Shown in pieces: positions 36,347 through 48,117 of a stretch of 64,000 nt of DNA. The position numbers were made by a program, and so were the translations under genes. How positions within the stretch are numbered: position 1 is the stretch's first letter; every line of letters starts with the position of its first letter. Where the stretch lies: positions 16,802,001 through 16,866,000 of the forward strand of contig JBNRSN020000013.1 in the NCBI GenBank assembly GCA_051313645.2, given 5' to 3'. The stretch comes from Centroscyllium fabricii (Eukaryota). Under the pieces are notes generated by a model. It was not told the DNA's origin and did no database searches. It saw only the letters and a program-made list of their open reading frames with translations.

Positions 36347-37178
36347 GGGCTGGATTTTATCTTTCGGTGCAGCCTAGGGGTGGGACAGCTTCCTTCCGGG
36401 TTCCAATCCCACTCCCAATGATATCCAACGTACAGACGCAATTTTACATCAATTGGCCTTGTTAAGCCCACCTGCCCGGCTTGCCGGCCAATTAGGAGAA
36501 AGCCAGTGTCAGATGACATCAGTTGATGACGCGTCATCTGCCGGTTTTCCTAAAGGGGCCACGCTCAATTTTGTTTGACAGGTGATTTTTCAGTGTTTGA
36601 CAGCATTGACGTGTTGCAAACACTGACAATCACTGTACTAAGGTGAGCCCTTGCACCCAAGCTCTCCAGTGACTTCCTCCTTAGGCTAGAACTGATGGCA
36701 GCTGCAGGAGAGGTTACAGAAGTGATCTGTCACTGATGAGAGAGGTTCTCCCAATGAGGTGAGACTACACAAACACTTCAAAACTTGTTACCTACAGAAA
36801 AGTCTAAATACATTAAAAATTATTTTCCCAACATTTTCTTACCTCTGAAACACACCAGTGTACCGTTAGATCCTTCGCACCACTTCTGCAGCTGTCATCA
36901 ATGAAGAAACATTACAGTAGACCCACAGCATGCCACGCTTACCCTGGTGTGGTGTCCAGATGCCGGGAAGCCCACAGTAGACTTGACAAAATTGGAAAAA
37001 GCCTCTTAACTGCCTGTTAACAAGAGTTAAGTGTCCATAATTCTCTTCTCGGCGGGTTCATGCGTAAATCGGGGATCCGCCACCTGGGAAGATTGATTGG
37101 AGCCGGGATGACAGCGGGTTTCCAACCCGTTGTCAATCTTTGCGATTTTGGCGGATGTCCTGCCTCCAAACCCGCCCC
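36347..37178. mobile_element. Older Harbinger-type MITE
   Basis: GGGCTGGATTTT...AAACCCGCCCC ends; internal TGACAG/CTGTCA modules as in 41230-42076. Confidence 0.6.
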
Positions 37179-37561
37179 CTGAGCGCCTGTTACTTTGGAA
37201 AGGAGAAGGGGAAACTCGCCCCAGCCAATGAAACAGGATTGTATGTGACCATTGCCTAAGAGTAAAGATCAGCGGAAATACCTTCATTTATGCAGGATTT
37301 ATCAGCGATCTTGTCATCTTAACTGTATTTGTTAATTCATTTTCCTCAGAGTTGGTCCCAGTAACTCTCCAAGCAAGTTTCCCAATGGCATGTTAACACC
37401 CGTTTTTATACAAAAATATTTTGTTTTAAAAAGTTGACAGAAACAGATAAAAATAACTTTCTTGAGGGCGGTCATCAGGACTGTTTGGCAGTAAATTACA
37501 CTGATCAGTAACGCCCCACCCCAGTTCAATTTCCCTTCTGAACTGGCTGATCTCAGACTCA

Positions 37562-38030
37562 GTGTCAGTTGTGGCTCAGTTGGTAGCACACTTGTCTCTG
37601 AGTCAGAAGGTGGTGGGTTCAAATCTCACTCCAGGGACTTGAGCACATTAAGCTGGGTTGACACTCCAGCACAGTACTGAGGGAGCGCTGCACTGTTGGA
37701 GGGGCCGTCTTTCGGATGAGACACTAAACTTAGGCCCCGTCTGCTCTCTCAGGTGGATGTAAAAGATCCCATGGCACTATTTCGAAGAAGAGCAGGGGAG
37801 TTATCATCAGTGCCCTGGCCAATGTTTATCCCTCAACTAACATAACAAAAACAGATGATCTGGTCATTATCACATTGCTGTTTGTGGGAGCTTGCTGTGC
37901 ACAAATTGGCTGCTGCGTTTCCCACATTACAACAGTGACTACACTCCAAAAGTACTTCATTGGTTGTAAAGCGCTTTGGGACACCCGGTGGTTGTGAAAG
38001 GCGCTATATAAATGCAAGTTTTTCTTGCTT
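37562..38030 (+). mobile_element. Full-length SacSINE1-like DeuSINE
   Basis: A box TGGCTCAGTTGG, B box GGTTCAAATC, Deu domain GCCGTCTTTCGGATGAGAC...AAAGATCCCATGGCAC, L2-type tail GAAAGGCGCTATATAAATGCAAG. Confidence 0.92.
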
Positions 38031-38098
38031 TCTTTCAACGGCACTTGGGCTACGATGATCGGCTTGGGGAGTCGGGGGGGCCAGTGAAGGAAAGTTAG

Positions 38099-38385
38099 CT
38101 GGGTGTTCCCGCTACTGACTGCTGTGCAATGACCCCCTGATGGAAAGTTATGCGCGTGGATGGAGGGGGTACCAGGATCACGCTGAGCTGCGATATTCCT
38201 ATACAGCAACCGGATAAGTACTTCATTGGTTCACCCAATAAATTGCTCCTTTGGCGAGGTACCAGCATGAGTTGGCCTCAGGACAGGAATATCGCAGCTC
38301 AGCATGATCCTGGTCCCCCCTCCATCCACGCGCGCAACTTTCCATCAGGGGGTCATTGCACAGCAGTCGGTAGCGGGAATGCCAG
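38099..38385. repeat. Foldback inverted repeat inside an ancient SINE remnant
   Basis: Arms 38099-38200 and 38285-38385 are near-perfect reverse complements. Confidence 0.92.
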
Positions 38386-38388
38386 TTT

Positions 38389-38968
38389 GGGTGGCACGGT
38401 GGCATAGTGGTTAGCACTGTTGCCTCACAGCTCTGGAGACCCGGGTTCAAATCCAGCCTCGGGTGCTATCTGTGTGGAGTTTGCAAATTCTCCCCGTGTC
38501 TGCCTGGGTTTCCTCCGGGTGCTCCGGTTTCCTCCCACAGTCCAAAGATGTGCGGGTTAGGTTGATTGGCCAGGATAAATTGACCCTTAGTGTTAGGGGG
38601 ATTAAATATGTGGGGTTATGGGGATAGGGTGGGATATAGAAACATAGAAACATAGAAACTAGAAGCAGGAGTAGGCCATTCGGCCCTTCGAGCCTGCTCT
38701 GCCATTCAATGAGATCATGGCTGATCATCCAAACCCAGCACCCCTCCCCTTATCCCTCGATCCCAATCGAGCCTGCACCGACACACATGCCACCCCACCC
38801 CCGGATATGTGTCGGTGTAGGCTCGATAGGGATCGAGGGATATGGGGGGAGGGCAGCGGTGGAGTGCTGGGTTTGGATGATCAGCCATGATCTCATTGAA
38901 TGGCGGAGCAGGCTCGAAGGGCCGAATGGCCTACTCCTGCTCCTATCTTCTATGTTTCTATGTTCTAT
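38389..38968 (+). mobile_element. HE1 V-SINE (tail type 2) with an antisense HE1 3' fragment inserted at about 38636-38802
   Basis: Head/V-domain 38389-38636 continues at 38803; the insert is complementary to 38805-38965. Confidence 0.85.
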
Positions 38969-38977
38969 GACAGGAGG

Positions 38978-39193
38978 ACAAATGCAAGAAGTCACACAAC
39001 ACCAGATTATAGTCCAACGGTTTTATTTTAAATCACAAGCTTTCGGAGCGTCTGCCCCTTCGTCAGGTGGACAGAGAGGGCAGACGCTCCGAAAGCTTGT
39101 GATTTAAAATAAAACCGTTGGACTATAATCTGGTGTTGTGTGACTTCTTGCATTTGTCCACCCCAGTCCAACACCGGCACCTCCACATTATGG
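38978..39193. mobile_element. Penelope terminal hairpin insertion
   Basis: 13-bp TSD CTATGACAGGAGG (38965-38977, 39194-39206). Confidence 0.88.
39034..39069 (-). ncRNA. Minimal hammerhead ribozyme motif, intact core
   Basis: Minus strand CAC-CTGACGA-A-GGGGC-AGAC-GCTCC-GAAA-GC-TT-GTG. Confidence 0.75.
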
Positions 39194-40721
39194 CTATGAC
39201 AGGAGGGGAGAAGACTGAGGTGGTGGGGGATAAAAGAAGCTGAAGATTAAAGTTATTTTTCAGTACAACTTGTCTAAAGGTTTTCTGATGGTGAAACTTG
39301 CTCTTCAACCATTCATAGGTACACTGTACGGAACAGAAAGCTTAGCTAACACTTTTTAAGTCATAAAATGCTAATTACATTTAAAATGCAGGAGACGCCG
39401 AGCACTAAATCACCACGAGATTCTGTTCATTTACAATTACTTTGGGCCTTTTATTGCTAATGCTTCCATGGCAGCCAGTAAAGAATGCCAGTTTGGTGGA
39501 CGTGCAGGAATGGATCAGGTCATTGTTGATGAATGGGTTAAAAAATCTGTCATTCGAGAGGGAGGCAATTCACTAAAAGCAACAAAGGGGCACGGGGTTC
39601 AGTTTTAGCTTTTAGGTCAAGACGTGACTGGTTCCCTCTGTTAGGAATTACTGATCTGTAAATGGACAATTACGAGCGCCAATAAATGAATAGCTGCAGG
39701 TTTCAGGGTCGCGGCAGCTCACACCAAAATAGCCAGGGATCTGTTTAAAAAAAAAACATTCCCAGCTCCAAAGCCAAAGCGATTCCAGAATCATCAGACT
39801 TTGGGAATTTAGCTGCTCTCATGGCTCGTGGTGGGAAAGTGATAGTGACATTCCTACAGATGATACTGGAGATAAAGAGAGAAATTTTGCTGCCAAAAAC
39901 AGCAACAGCAGCAGCAGCGACGACAACTTACCTTGAAATAGTGCCTTTAACATGAGAAAAGGTCCCCAGGCACTTCATAAGTGGAAATACTGTCGTCAGG
40001 GAAACAGATGCTGTGCCATGGATGGCGAGATTAGGAGAGGTGACTGAAATCCTGGTCATAAAGATGGGTTATGAGAAGGCCTTTATCAGGAGAAGTGCAG
40101 AGGCAAAAGGGATTTACGAAGGGACCCCCAGAAAAGGGGACAAAGACAACATAGTTCGCAAACCCAGCCCAAAGCACTTTGAAATTAATTTTTTCCAGAA
40201 GTCGTTTTTTAACTGTGTTTTATCTTTTTAACTAAATGCCACATAGTCATCTATAAATGCAACTTAATAGGCAGATACTTCCAGAGTATTCACCAGTACA
40301 GTTAAATTAGGTTTCAGTGTTTCTTCAGTCATTAATATTTAACTAGATGCTCAATTCAATGAAAAGCACACGTTCAATTCAAAGAAAACCAACTACAGCT
40401 AAACCTTTTCATATTCTTTCATGCAATATCAAATTCCCTTTGGAAAAGCATGCACATGGTTAGTGCACGGTCATTTTATCAAGTCACCTCAAGATGCATC
40501 ATAATAACAATAGCCTGCTGGCTCCCACATAAAAAACGGTAACTTGGGTAGGTCTCGGTGTGCTGCCAGTGTCATCCGTGGAACCATGGTGCAGCAGGAG
40601 ACACTACGTTCAGCTGAGAAGCAGTAAGAGGGAAAATTGGATGAGAAAAAAATTATGAGTCGGTGCTGAGTTGTTACACAGTCTTTGAGCCTGAGAATAG
40701 ATTGCATTGGATTACACAGGA

Positions 40722-40971
40722 TATAGAAACATAGAAACATAGAAACTAGGAGCAGGAGTAGGCCATTCGGCCCTTCGAGCCTGCTCCGCCATTCAATGAG
40801 ATCATGGCTGATCATCCAAGCCCAGTACCCCGCCCCTACCCTCTCCCCATATCCCTCTCGAGCCTGCATCGACACATATCCCACCCTATCCCCGTAACCC
40901 CACATATTCAATCCCCCTAACACTAAGGGTCAATTTATCCTGGCCAACCAACCTAATCCGCACATCTTTGG
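40722..40971 (-). mobile_element. 5'-truncated HE1 SINE, tail type 2
   Basis: Matches 35424-35655. Confidence 0.85.
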
Positions 40972-42208
40972 ATATACGGCACAGAAACAGGCCATTCGGC
41001 CCAACCAGCCCATGCCAGCATTTATGCTCCATAGGAGCCCCCTCTGGTCTTTGCTCATCTAACTCTATCAGCGTAACCCTCTATTCCCTTCCCCCTCATA
41101 TGCTTATCTAGCCTCCCCTTAAATGCTTCGATACTATTCGCCTCAACCACTCCCTGTGGTAGCGAGTTCCAAATTCTCACCACTCTCTGGGTAAAGAAGT
41201 TTCTTCTGAATTCCCCATTTTATTTCTTGGGGGGTGATTTTGTCAGCCCTGGGGAGGTGGGTCTGGAGGCGGGACTGCCGGGAAAATGGCACAATCTGGG
41301 CACGGGTACCCAACCTGCCCCCCAACCTGCCTCCGTGCCATCTTCCCATGGGGTGGGTACCCGACTTGCGCTGGGAGCCGCCTCCTCGCGGCGGGAAGGA
41401 GATTAGTGCCAATTAACTACCTGTTAACAGATAGTTAACAGGCTGTTTTTTGGATAATCCCTATTTTGCCACCTAAAGTGTGGGCTTCCTGACGGCTTCG
41501 AACCGCGCCAGGGACAACAAGGTGAGCCGTAGGTCTGCAGGGGTCAGAGGGGCCGAGATGTCCGGTGTGCAGGTGAGTGATGGGCGCATGTGTGGAGAGG
41601 TGAGTCTGTGAGGAGAGTCTTAAGTTTTTAAAAAAGTTTTACTAACCTTTGCTTCGTCCTCCACGCTTCAACCCTTCAGGTCTCGGGGGGCCCTCATCTC
41701 ACTGGTACAGAAAGCAGAATGGCCGCTGCATTCTGAAATGCATCAGCCTTCTGCTTTCTGCTCAGGACAGATCTCTAGGTAAGCCTGTGTCCCAGGACTC
41801 AACATAGAAGACAGATTGTCAGTGTTTGACAGCTTCACAGAGCTCTCAAATGATGACAATTCATCTGTCAAAAGCTCTTGACAGATGAAATGTCACTCGC
41901 TGACATCACCAGTAACCGGCTTTCCCTTAATTGGCCTGTTAAGCCCGCTGGATGGGGTTAAAAAGGTCAATCAAGGGAAAATAGCGTGGCTTGGCCGGAC
42001 ATCAATGGAGGCGGGACTAAAACCCGACAAGTGGGAGTCCCACCTCCATCACGTCCCAATTGGCAAAATCACCCTGTTGGTGACTATCTTGTATTGATGG
42101 CCTCTAGTTTTGCTGCACAAGTGGAAACTCTTTCAGTATCTATTCTATCAAAACCTTTCATAATTTTAAAGACCTCTATTAGGTCACCCCTCAGCCTTCA
42201 CTTTTCAA
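40972..42208 (-). mobile_element. CR1 3' fragment interrupted by a MITE
   Basis: 40972-41229 and 42077-42208 are collinear CR1 3' sequence. Confidence 0.75.
41230..42076. mobile_element. Harbinger-type MITE
   Basis: TIR GGGTGATTTTG...CAAAATCACCC; TSD TTG. Confidence 0.8.
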
Positions 42209-43189
42209 GGTAAGTAACTTGGGGCATTTTAACTGCCCACCTGTCTGGTTTCCGCCAGGCGGCTATGGTTAATATCACCCTCAGTGAGGGGATTAGACTA
42301 TGGCCGGGCATCACTGCTCTCACCCAATATCTGTAGCAATAAAGAATGGGAACCCTGCCTCATTTTTCCCCTTCTATATCTCAAAAATGCAGAGGCCAAC
42401 TGAACTGCCTCCGGCGCTGCTCCAGCTTCGATTGAAAAACGCAGCTCTTCCCAGGCCATGTTCTCACTGGAAAAGAGAATGTTGAAAAGTGATATTCTTG
42501 CTGTTTTTAAGATTCTAATGGGACTACATAAGGTTCTGGACAAGTATCATGCGACTATCAGAATGGTGTACAGCGAACTAGATGGAGTGCACGCTTTAGT
42601 CATCGAGCAATTACTATGTTCCTAAGGAATCAGACCTAGGTACCTCCAGGCCTCTTCCTCTAATTCTTTCCCTGAAACTCCACCTTATTTAGGCAATATT
42701 TACCCCTTAAATCAAAGCTAAATTTCGGAAGGGTACACCTTCCCTATCCTCCCATTTGTCTAAAACTTGTTGCTGGAGAGGCAAGGGTACTTTTTAGATG
42801 TGATTTGCGCTTAAAAGTGGATTATTTCATAAACTGCTGCTGAGTGGATCAAAGGATTATATAACAGTAATTACCAACATAATAGTGTAATTTATCAATA
42901 AATATTATCCGACATAATTAGTTTAGGCCAAACCAATTGTGGTCTACTGTGTCTAGAATAACAGGGTTTGAAGGGAGGCAGTTAGAAGCCAATCAGAAGT
43001 TGGAACAGTTTGTACAGATTGTCTTAATTAGGAGATTATGCTGCTTCTTTAACCCCTTCCTACCTAAATTGGTTGTTATAAAATGATCACATTTTCCTTT
43101 GAAAATGCATTTTTGGTTCCTATTATATTAATTTTCCCTCCTGATAACACTATCTCACGCTATAGTATGGTTCCACTCATTGTTTCTGC

Positions 43190-43530
43190 AGGATCTCGCC
43201 CCATGGCTGATTCCTCACGTGCAAGCCTTGGCAGTGAATGTCTGGAACCGTTTCAATCACAGGGGGACATCAAAGCCGAACCTGACCCTGCCACTGCCCG
43301 ATGCCCATACAGACGCCCTTTCCAACAGGAACAGCAATCAGCGGCCATGCCTGTTCATTCCCCACTCCCCCCCACAGCTCAGGTACAAGGAGAGTAACGG
43401 CGGCATGCCAACTGATGCCGCAGTTAAGATTAGCCAACTCAGCACAGATCAGGGAACATGCCTCTGACCTCCCTGGCCAATCTGGCTCAGTACAACGTTG
43501 GGTGATGCGTTTTCACCAATCAAACCATCA
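43190..43530 (-). mobile_element. Ancient tRNA-derived SINE remnant
   Basis: AGCCAACTCAGCACAGA core, as in 4924-5700. Confidence 0.5.
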
Positions 43531-43704
43531 AGGAAGCCAGTACACGGATCCTGGCTTGTGGAAGTTGTAAATTCCGGATGGTTTATAATTTTCATGAAAA
43601 TCGCAGGTTATTTTTCAGTGATGTTAGCAAGTAAATATTTCAACTCTTTGTATCGTTAGCAAATGAATGACGTCAACCCATGACCAGAAGAGATAAAGAT
43701 AACA

Positions 43705-46690
43705 TGTAATGAGAAAGGACTAATTAGCAATCTTGTTGTGCGAGGCCCCTTGGGGCGGAGCGATAATAATATGATAGAATTCTTCATTAAGATGGAGAGT
43801 GAAGTATTTGACTGAGAGACTAGGGTCCTGAATTTAAATAAAGGAAACTATGATGGTATGAGGTGCGAGTTGGGTAGGATTGATTGGGGAATGTTACTTA
43901 AAGGGTTGACGGTGGATAGGCAATGGCAAACATTTAAAGATCGCATGGATGAACTACAGAAATTGTTCATCCCTGTTTGGCATAAAAATAAAACAAAAAA
44001 GGTGACTCAATCGTGGCGAACAAGGGAAATTAGGGATAGCATAAGATCCAAGGAGAGGGCATATAAATTGGCCAGAAAAAGCAGCAAACCTGAGGATTGG
44101 GAGTAGTTTAGGATTCAGCAAAGGAGGACAAAGGGATTAATTAAGAGGGTGAAACAGAGTATGAGAGTAAGCTTTCAGGGAACATAAAAATTGACTGTAA
44201 AAGCTTCTATAGCTATGTGAAGAGAAAAAGATTGGTGAAGTCAAGCATAGGTCCCTTGCAGTGAGAATCAGGGGAATTTATAATGGGGAACAAAAAAATG
44301 GCAGACCATTTAAATACATACTTAGGTTCTGTCTTCACAAAGGAGGACACAAATAACCTCCCAGAGATGTCAGGGAATTATGGGCTAGAAATTGGGTTGC
44401 TTGCAGCAGCCGTTAACGCCCTAAGAGGGGCGCTAATGGGGCGCAAAGCATCTGGCGCCTGGGTGTGGCGCCGTCCACGCCTCCCGTGAAATTCAGCGGG
44501 AGGCTGGCGGTAGCCGTTAGCGCCCCATGGTGTGTCATCGCCATGCGTGGTGCCCTGCTCATGCCCAGGCCGCGATCTTCAGTCACGCCTCCTGACATAC
44601 CATTGGACGCTTTGTCCGACAGGGTCAGGGGGGGGGTGTACCTGCAGCCAGGGCAGCGCAAGTTAAAGGAGCGGTGCCGGGCGGCCATTTTTATTGCGGC
44701 CGCCTGCCAGCACCTGCCCCTCTGCTGTCCCTGTCCTCCTCTGCAGCAACCCCCCCCCCAACGGAGTGTTGGCTACACTCCGTGAGCCAGGCACTTCTCT
44801 TGAGTTCAGGGCTCTTTTGCCAGCACTCCAAGCCCCGGTGGCCGAGCTGGTCCCTGGGTCGCGCTGCGCTAGGCCCCTCCCCTTTAAGAAGGGGTTGAAG
44901 GCCTGCAGTACCGCGGCGCGATGTGCCCCAGGAATGAGGTGGAGCATTTCCAGCAGCGCCCCACCTCCAGCTTGGGGCACTGCAACTGAATTTGTGGCAA
45001 AACGGTGCACACTTTTTCGGGGCACTAAAGGTAGCGCCCCACCGAGGTTAGCGCCCAAAAGGGGGCGCCACTCAATTTTTCCCCCATAGGGTCTAATGAG
45101 ATAGAGCAACTGAATGAAATCAGTATTTGTAGGGAAATGGTGTTAGGGAAATTGACGGGATAGAAGGCTGATAAATCCCAGCACCTGATAATCTACACCC
45201 TAGGGTACTTCAGGAAGTGGCCCCAGAAATAGTAGATGCATTGCTGGTCATCTTCCAAAATTCTATAGACTCTGGAACAGTTCCCATGGATCGGAGGGTA
45301 GGTAATGTTACCCCACTATTCAAAAAAGGTGGTAGAGAGAGAATGGGGAATTACATCGGGAGTGGGGAAAAGCTAGAGTCCATTATAAAAGATGTAATAG
45401 CAGAGCACTTGGAAAACAGTGACAGGATCGGACAAGGTCAACAAGGATTTACAAAAGATAAATCGTGCTTGACTAATCTACTGGAATTTTTTGAGGATGT
45501 AACTGGTAGAATAGATAAGGGAGAACCAGTGGATGTGGTGTATTTGGACTTTCAGAAGGCTTTTGATAAGGTCCCACATAAGAGATTAGTGTGTAAAGTT
45601 AAAGCACATGGGATTGGGGGCAAGGTACTGACTTGGAAAGAGAACTGGTTGGCAGACAGGAAGCAAAGAGTTGGAATAAATGGGTCTTTTTCCGAGAGGC
45701 AGGCAGTGACATGTGGGGTACCGTAGCTATTCACAATATATATTAATGATCTAGATGAGGGAACTAGATGTAATATCTCCAAGTTTGCAGACGACACAAA
45801 GCTGGGTGGGCATGTGTGCTGTGAGGAGGATGCTGAGAAACCCCAGTATGATTTGGACAGGTTGGGTGATTGGGCAGATGCATGGCAGATGCAGTATAAT
45901 GTGGATAAATGCGAGGTTACCCACTTTGGTGACAAAAACAGGAAGACAGATTATTATCTGAACGGCAATAGATTGGGAGAAGGAGAAGTGCAATGAGACC
46001 TGGGTGTCCTTGTGCACCAGTCGCTGAAGGTAAGCATGCAGGTTCAGCAGACGGTTAAGAAGGCAAATGGTATGTTGGCCTTCGTAGCGAGAGGATTCGA
46101 ATACAGGAACAAGGATGTCTTGCTGCAGTTGTACAGGGCCTTGGTGAGACCACATCTTGAATATTGTGTGCAGTTTTGGTCGCCTTATCTGAGGAAGGAT
46201 GTTCTTGCCATGGAGGGAGTGCAGCGAAGATTCACCAGACTGATACCTGGGATGGCAGGAATGACGTATGAGGAGAGATTGGGTCGATTAGGCTTGTACT
46301 CGCTGGAGTTTCGAAGAATGAGAGGGGATCTCATTGAAACTTATAAAATTCTAAAAGGACTAGACAGACTAGATGCAGGAAGGATGTTCCCGATGGTCGG
46401 GGAGTCCAGAATCAGGGGTCACAGTCTAAAGATAAGGGGTAACCGATTTAGGACAGAGATGAGGATGAATTTCTTCACCCAGAGTGTGGTGAACCTGTGA
46501 AATTCCTTACCACAGAAGGCAGTTGAGGCCTATTCATTAAATATATTTAAAAAGGAGTTGGATATATTTCTTAAGGCTAAAGGGATCAAGGGATATGGGT
46601 ACTGAGTTTGGATGATCAGCCTAGATCTCATTGAATGGCGGAGCAGGTTCGAAGGGCCGAATGGCCTACTCCTGCCCCTATCTTCTATGT
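43705..46690 (+). mobile_element. Older CR1 subfamily A copy, multiple stops, MITE inserted
   Basis: ORFs 43858, 45217 and 46012 align with 675..2630; 3' UTR at 46610-46690. Confidence 0.95.
44382..45085. mobile_element. Harbinger MITE (sister of 12980-13950)
   Basis: TIR GGGCTAGAAATTG...CAATTTTTCCCCC; cleanly interrupts the CR1; TSD imperfect. Confidence 0.85.
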
Positions 46691-47219
46691 TTCCCCCACC
46701 CCCACACACACATGCAATCGTGTCCACATTCTTGACTTCTTTCAAATTGTCTACGAAGCTGACATTTTCCCCTCAGTGATTGTCAAAAAGATAGTTCTGC
46801 TCAGTTCGTTCCACAGCTGCTTCAAACAGTAGCAGGGTGTGTACCATGGGCTCTTGTCAAACATCCGATCTGCTGCTCCAGGTAGAATTGCCTTCAGTTG
46901 GTGTGTTAACAAAACTGTTACATCCTACATCAGGTTACAATGTAACCAGTTCGGGCTGCAGTCTGCATAGCTTGAAACATGATCGTGATCGATTACTTTT
47001 CTTGCACATTTCTGTTTGCATACATTTAACAGCGCTCAGACAGGTGTTCATCCCAGCTGAAAGAGAGAGCTGATCGCCATTCGCAAAACGAGCATTCATT
47101 TCCAACCTTGCATGGAATTATGTCCGGATCTGAATTTTGGTTTACAAAGGCAAAGCGGCACAATTCTTGTTGTATAAATCACATTTTCCCCTTTCCTGTC
47201 CAGCGACAGCATTGAGCAC

Positions 47220-47520
47220 TCCTAATTCTGGCCTCTTTAACATCCTCGATTTTAATTGCTCCACCATTGGTGGCCGTGCCTTCAGCTGCCTGGGCCCGAA
47301 GCTCTGGAATTCCCTCCCTGACCCTCTCCACCTCTCTACCTATCTTTCCTACTGAGGACGCTCCTTAAAACTTACCTCTTCGACCAAGGTGTTGGTCATC
47401 TGCCCTAATATCACCTTATCTGGCTCAATGTAAAATTTTGTTTGATAACACTCCTGCAAAGCACCTTGGGACATTTTGTTATGTTAAAGGAGCTATATAA
47501 ATGCACGTCGTTGTTGTTGT
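47220..47520 (+). mobile_element. L2 LINE 3' fragment
   Basis: IGGRAFSCLGPKLWNSLP; tail GCTATATAAATGCA..(GTT)n. Confidence 0.85.
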
Positions 47521-48117
47521 TACAAACACAGATCAGATACAGAAAGCAAAAAAGCTGCCGGCGCTGGAAAAACAAAAAGTGCTGGAACCAGTCAGCAAGT
47601 CAGTAAGCATTTGTGGAGAGAACAGAGGTGAGTGAGCCTGTTGCTATGGCAGTAAGTCAGTTGGACTGGAATTATGAAAGAGATGTTCAATGGACAGAGT
47701 ATTCGCCCCTAAAGTCACAACAGAACGTCAATAAAACGTCAGCTCAGAAAAATTCAGAAACATGGAAGCAAGGTATATTCTGTGAACTCAGTCAGGTAAC
47801 TCTGGCACTTCAAGACCATCATTGTATAGATGGGTTGGAAAGAAAATATTGGTTGCGGCAAATTGTCGATCGCAACGTTTACAAGGTCAAAGTTTTTGCA
47901 GGTTTGTTTTTAAAATTATTTTGTGTCAAATTTGTACTTTAAGGTGAGAGATAATTGCTGGGAGATGGAGAGTTTTTCATTTCAGGCACCAGTGTCCAAT
48001 TAAAGCAATCCCAAGTCAGGCAAAGCATGATTAGAGGCAAAGTAAAGCTCAATCCACTTTGCCTCAACCATGGGCCTCAGCTCCACTCTCATAGATGAGC
48101 ACTCCCTACTGCATCTC

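Noticed and set aside
36836-36915. Exon-like segment on the minus strand (LQKWCEGSNGTLVCFR-GTAAG)
   Set aside because: Lies inside a Harbinger-type MITE
37562-37640. tRNA gene
   Set aside because: A/B boxes belong to the SINE head; no acceptor stem or terminator
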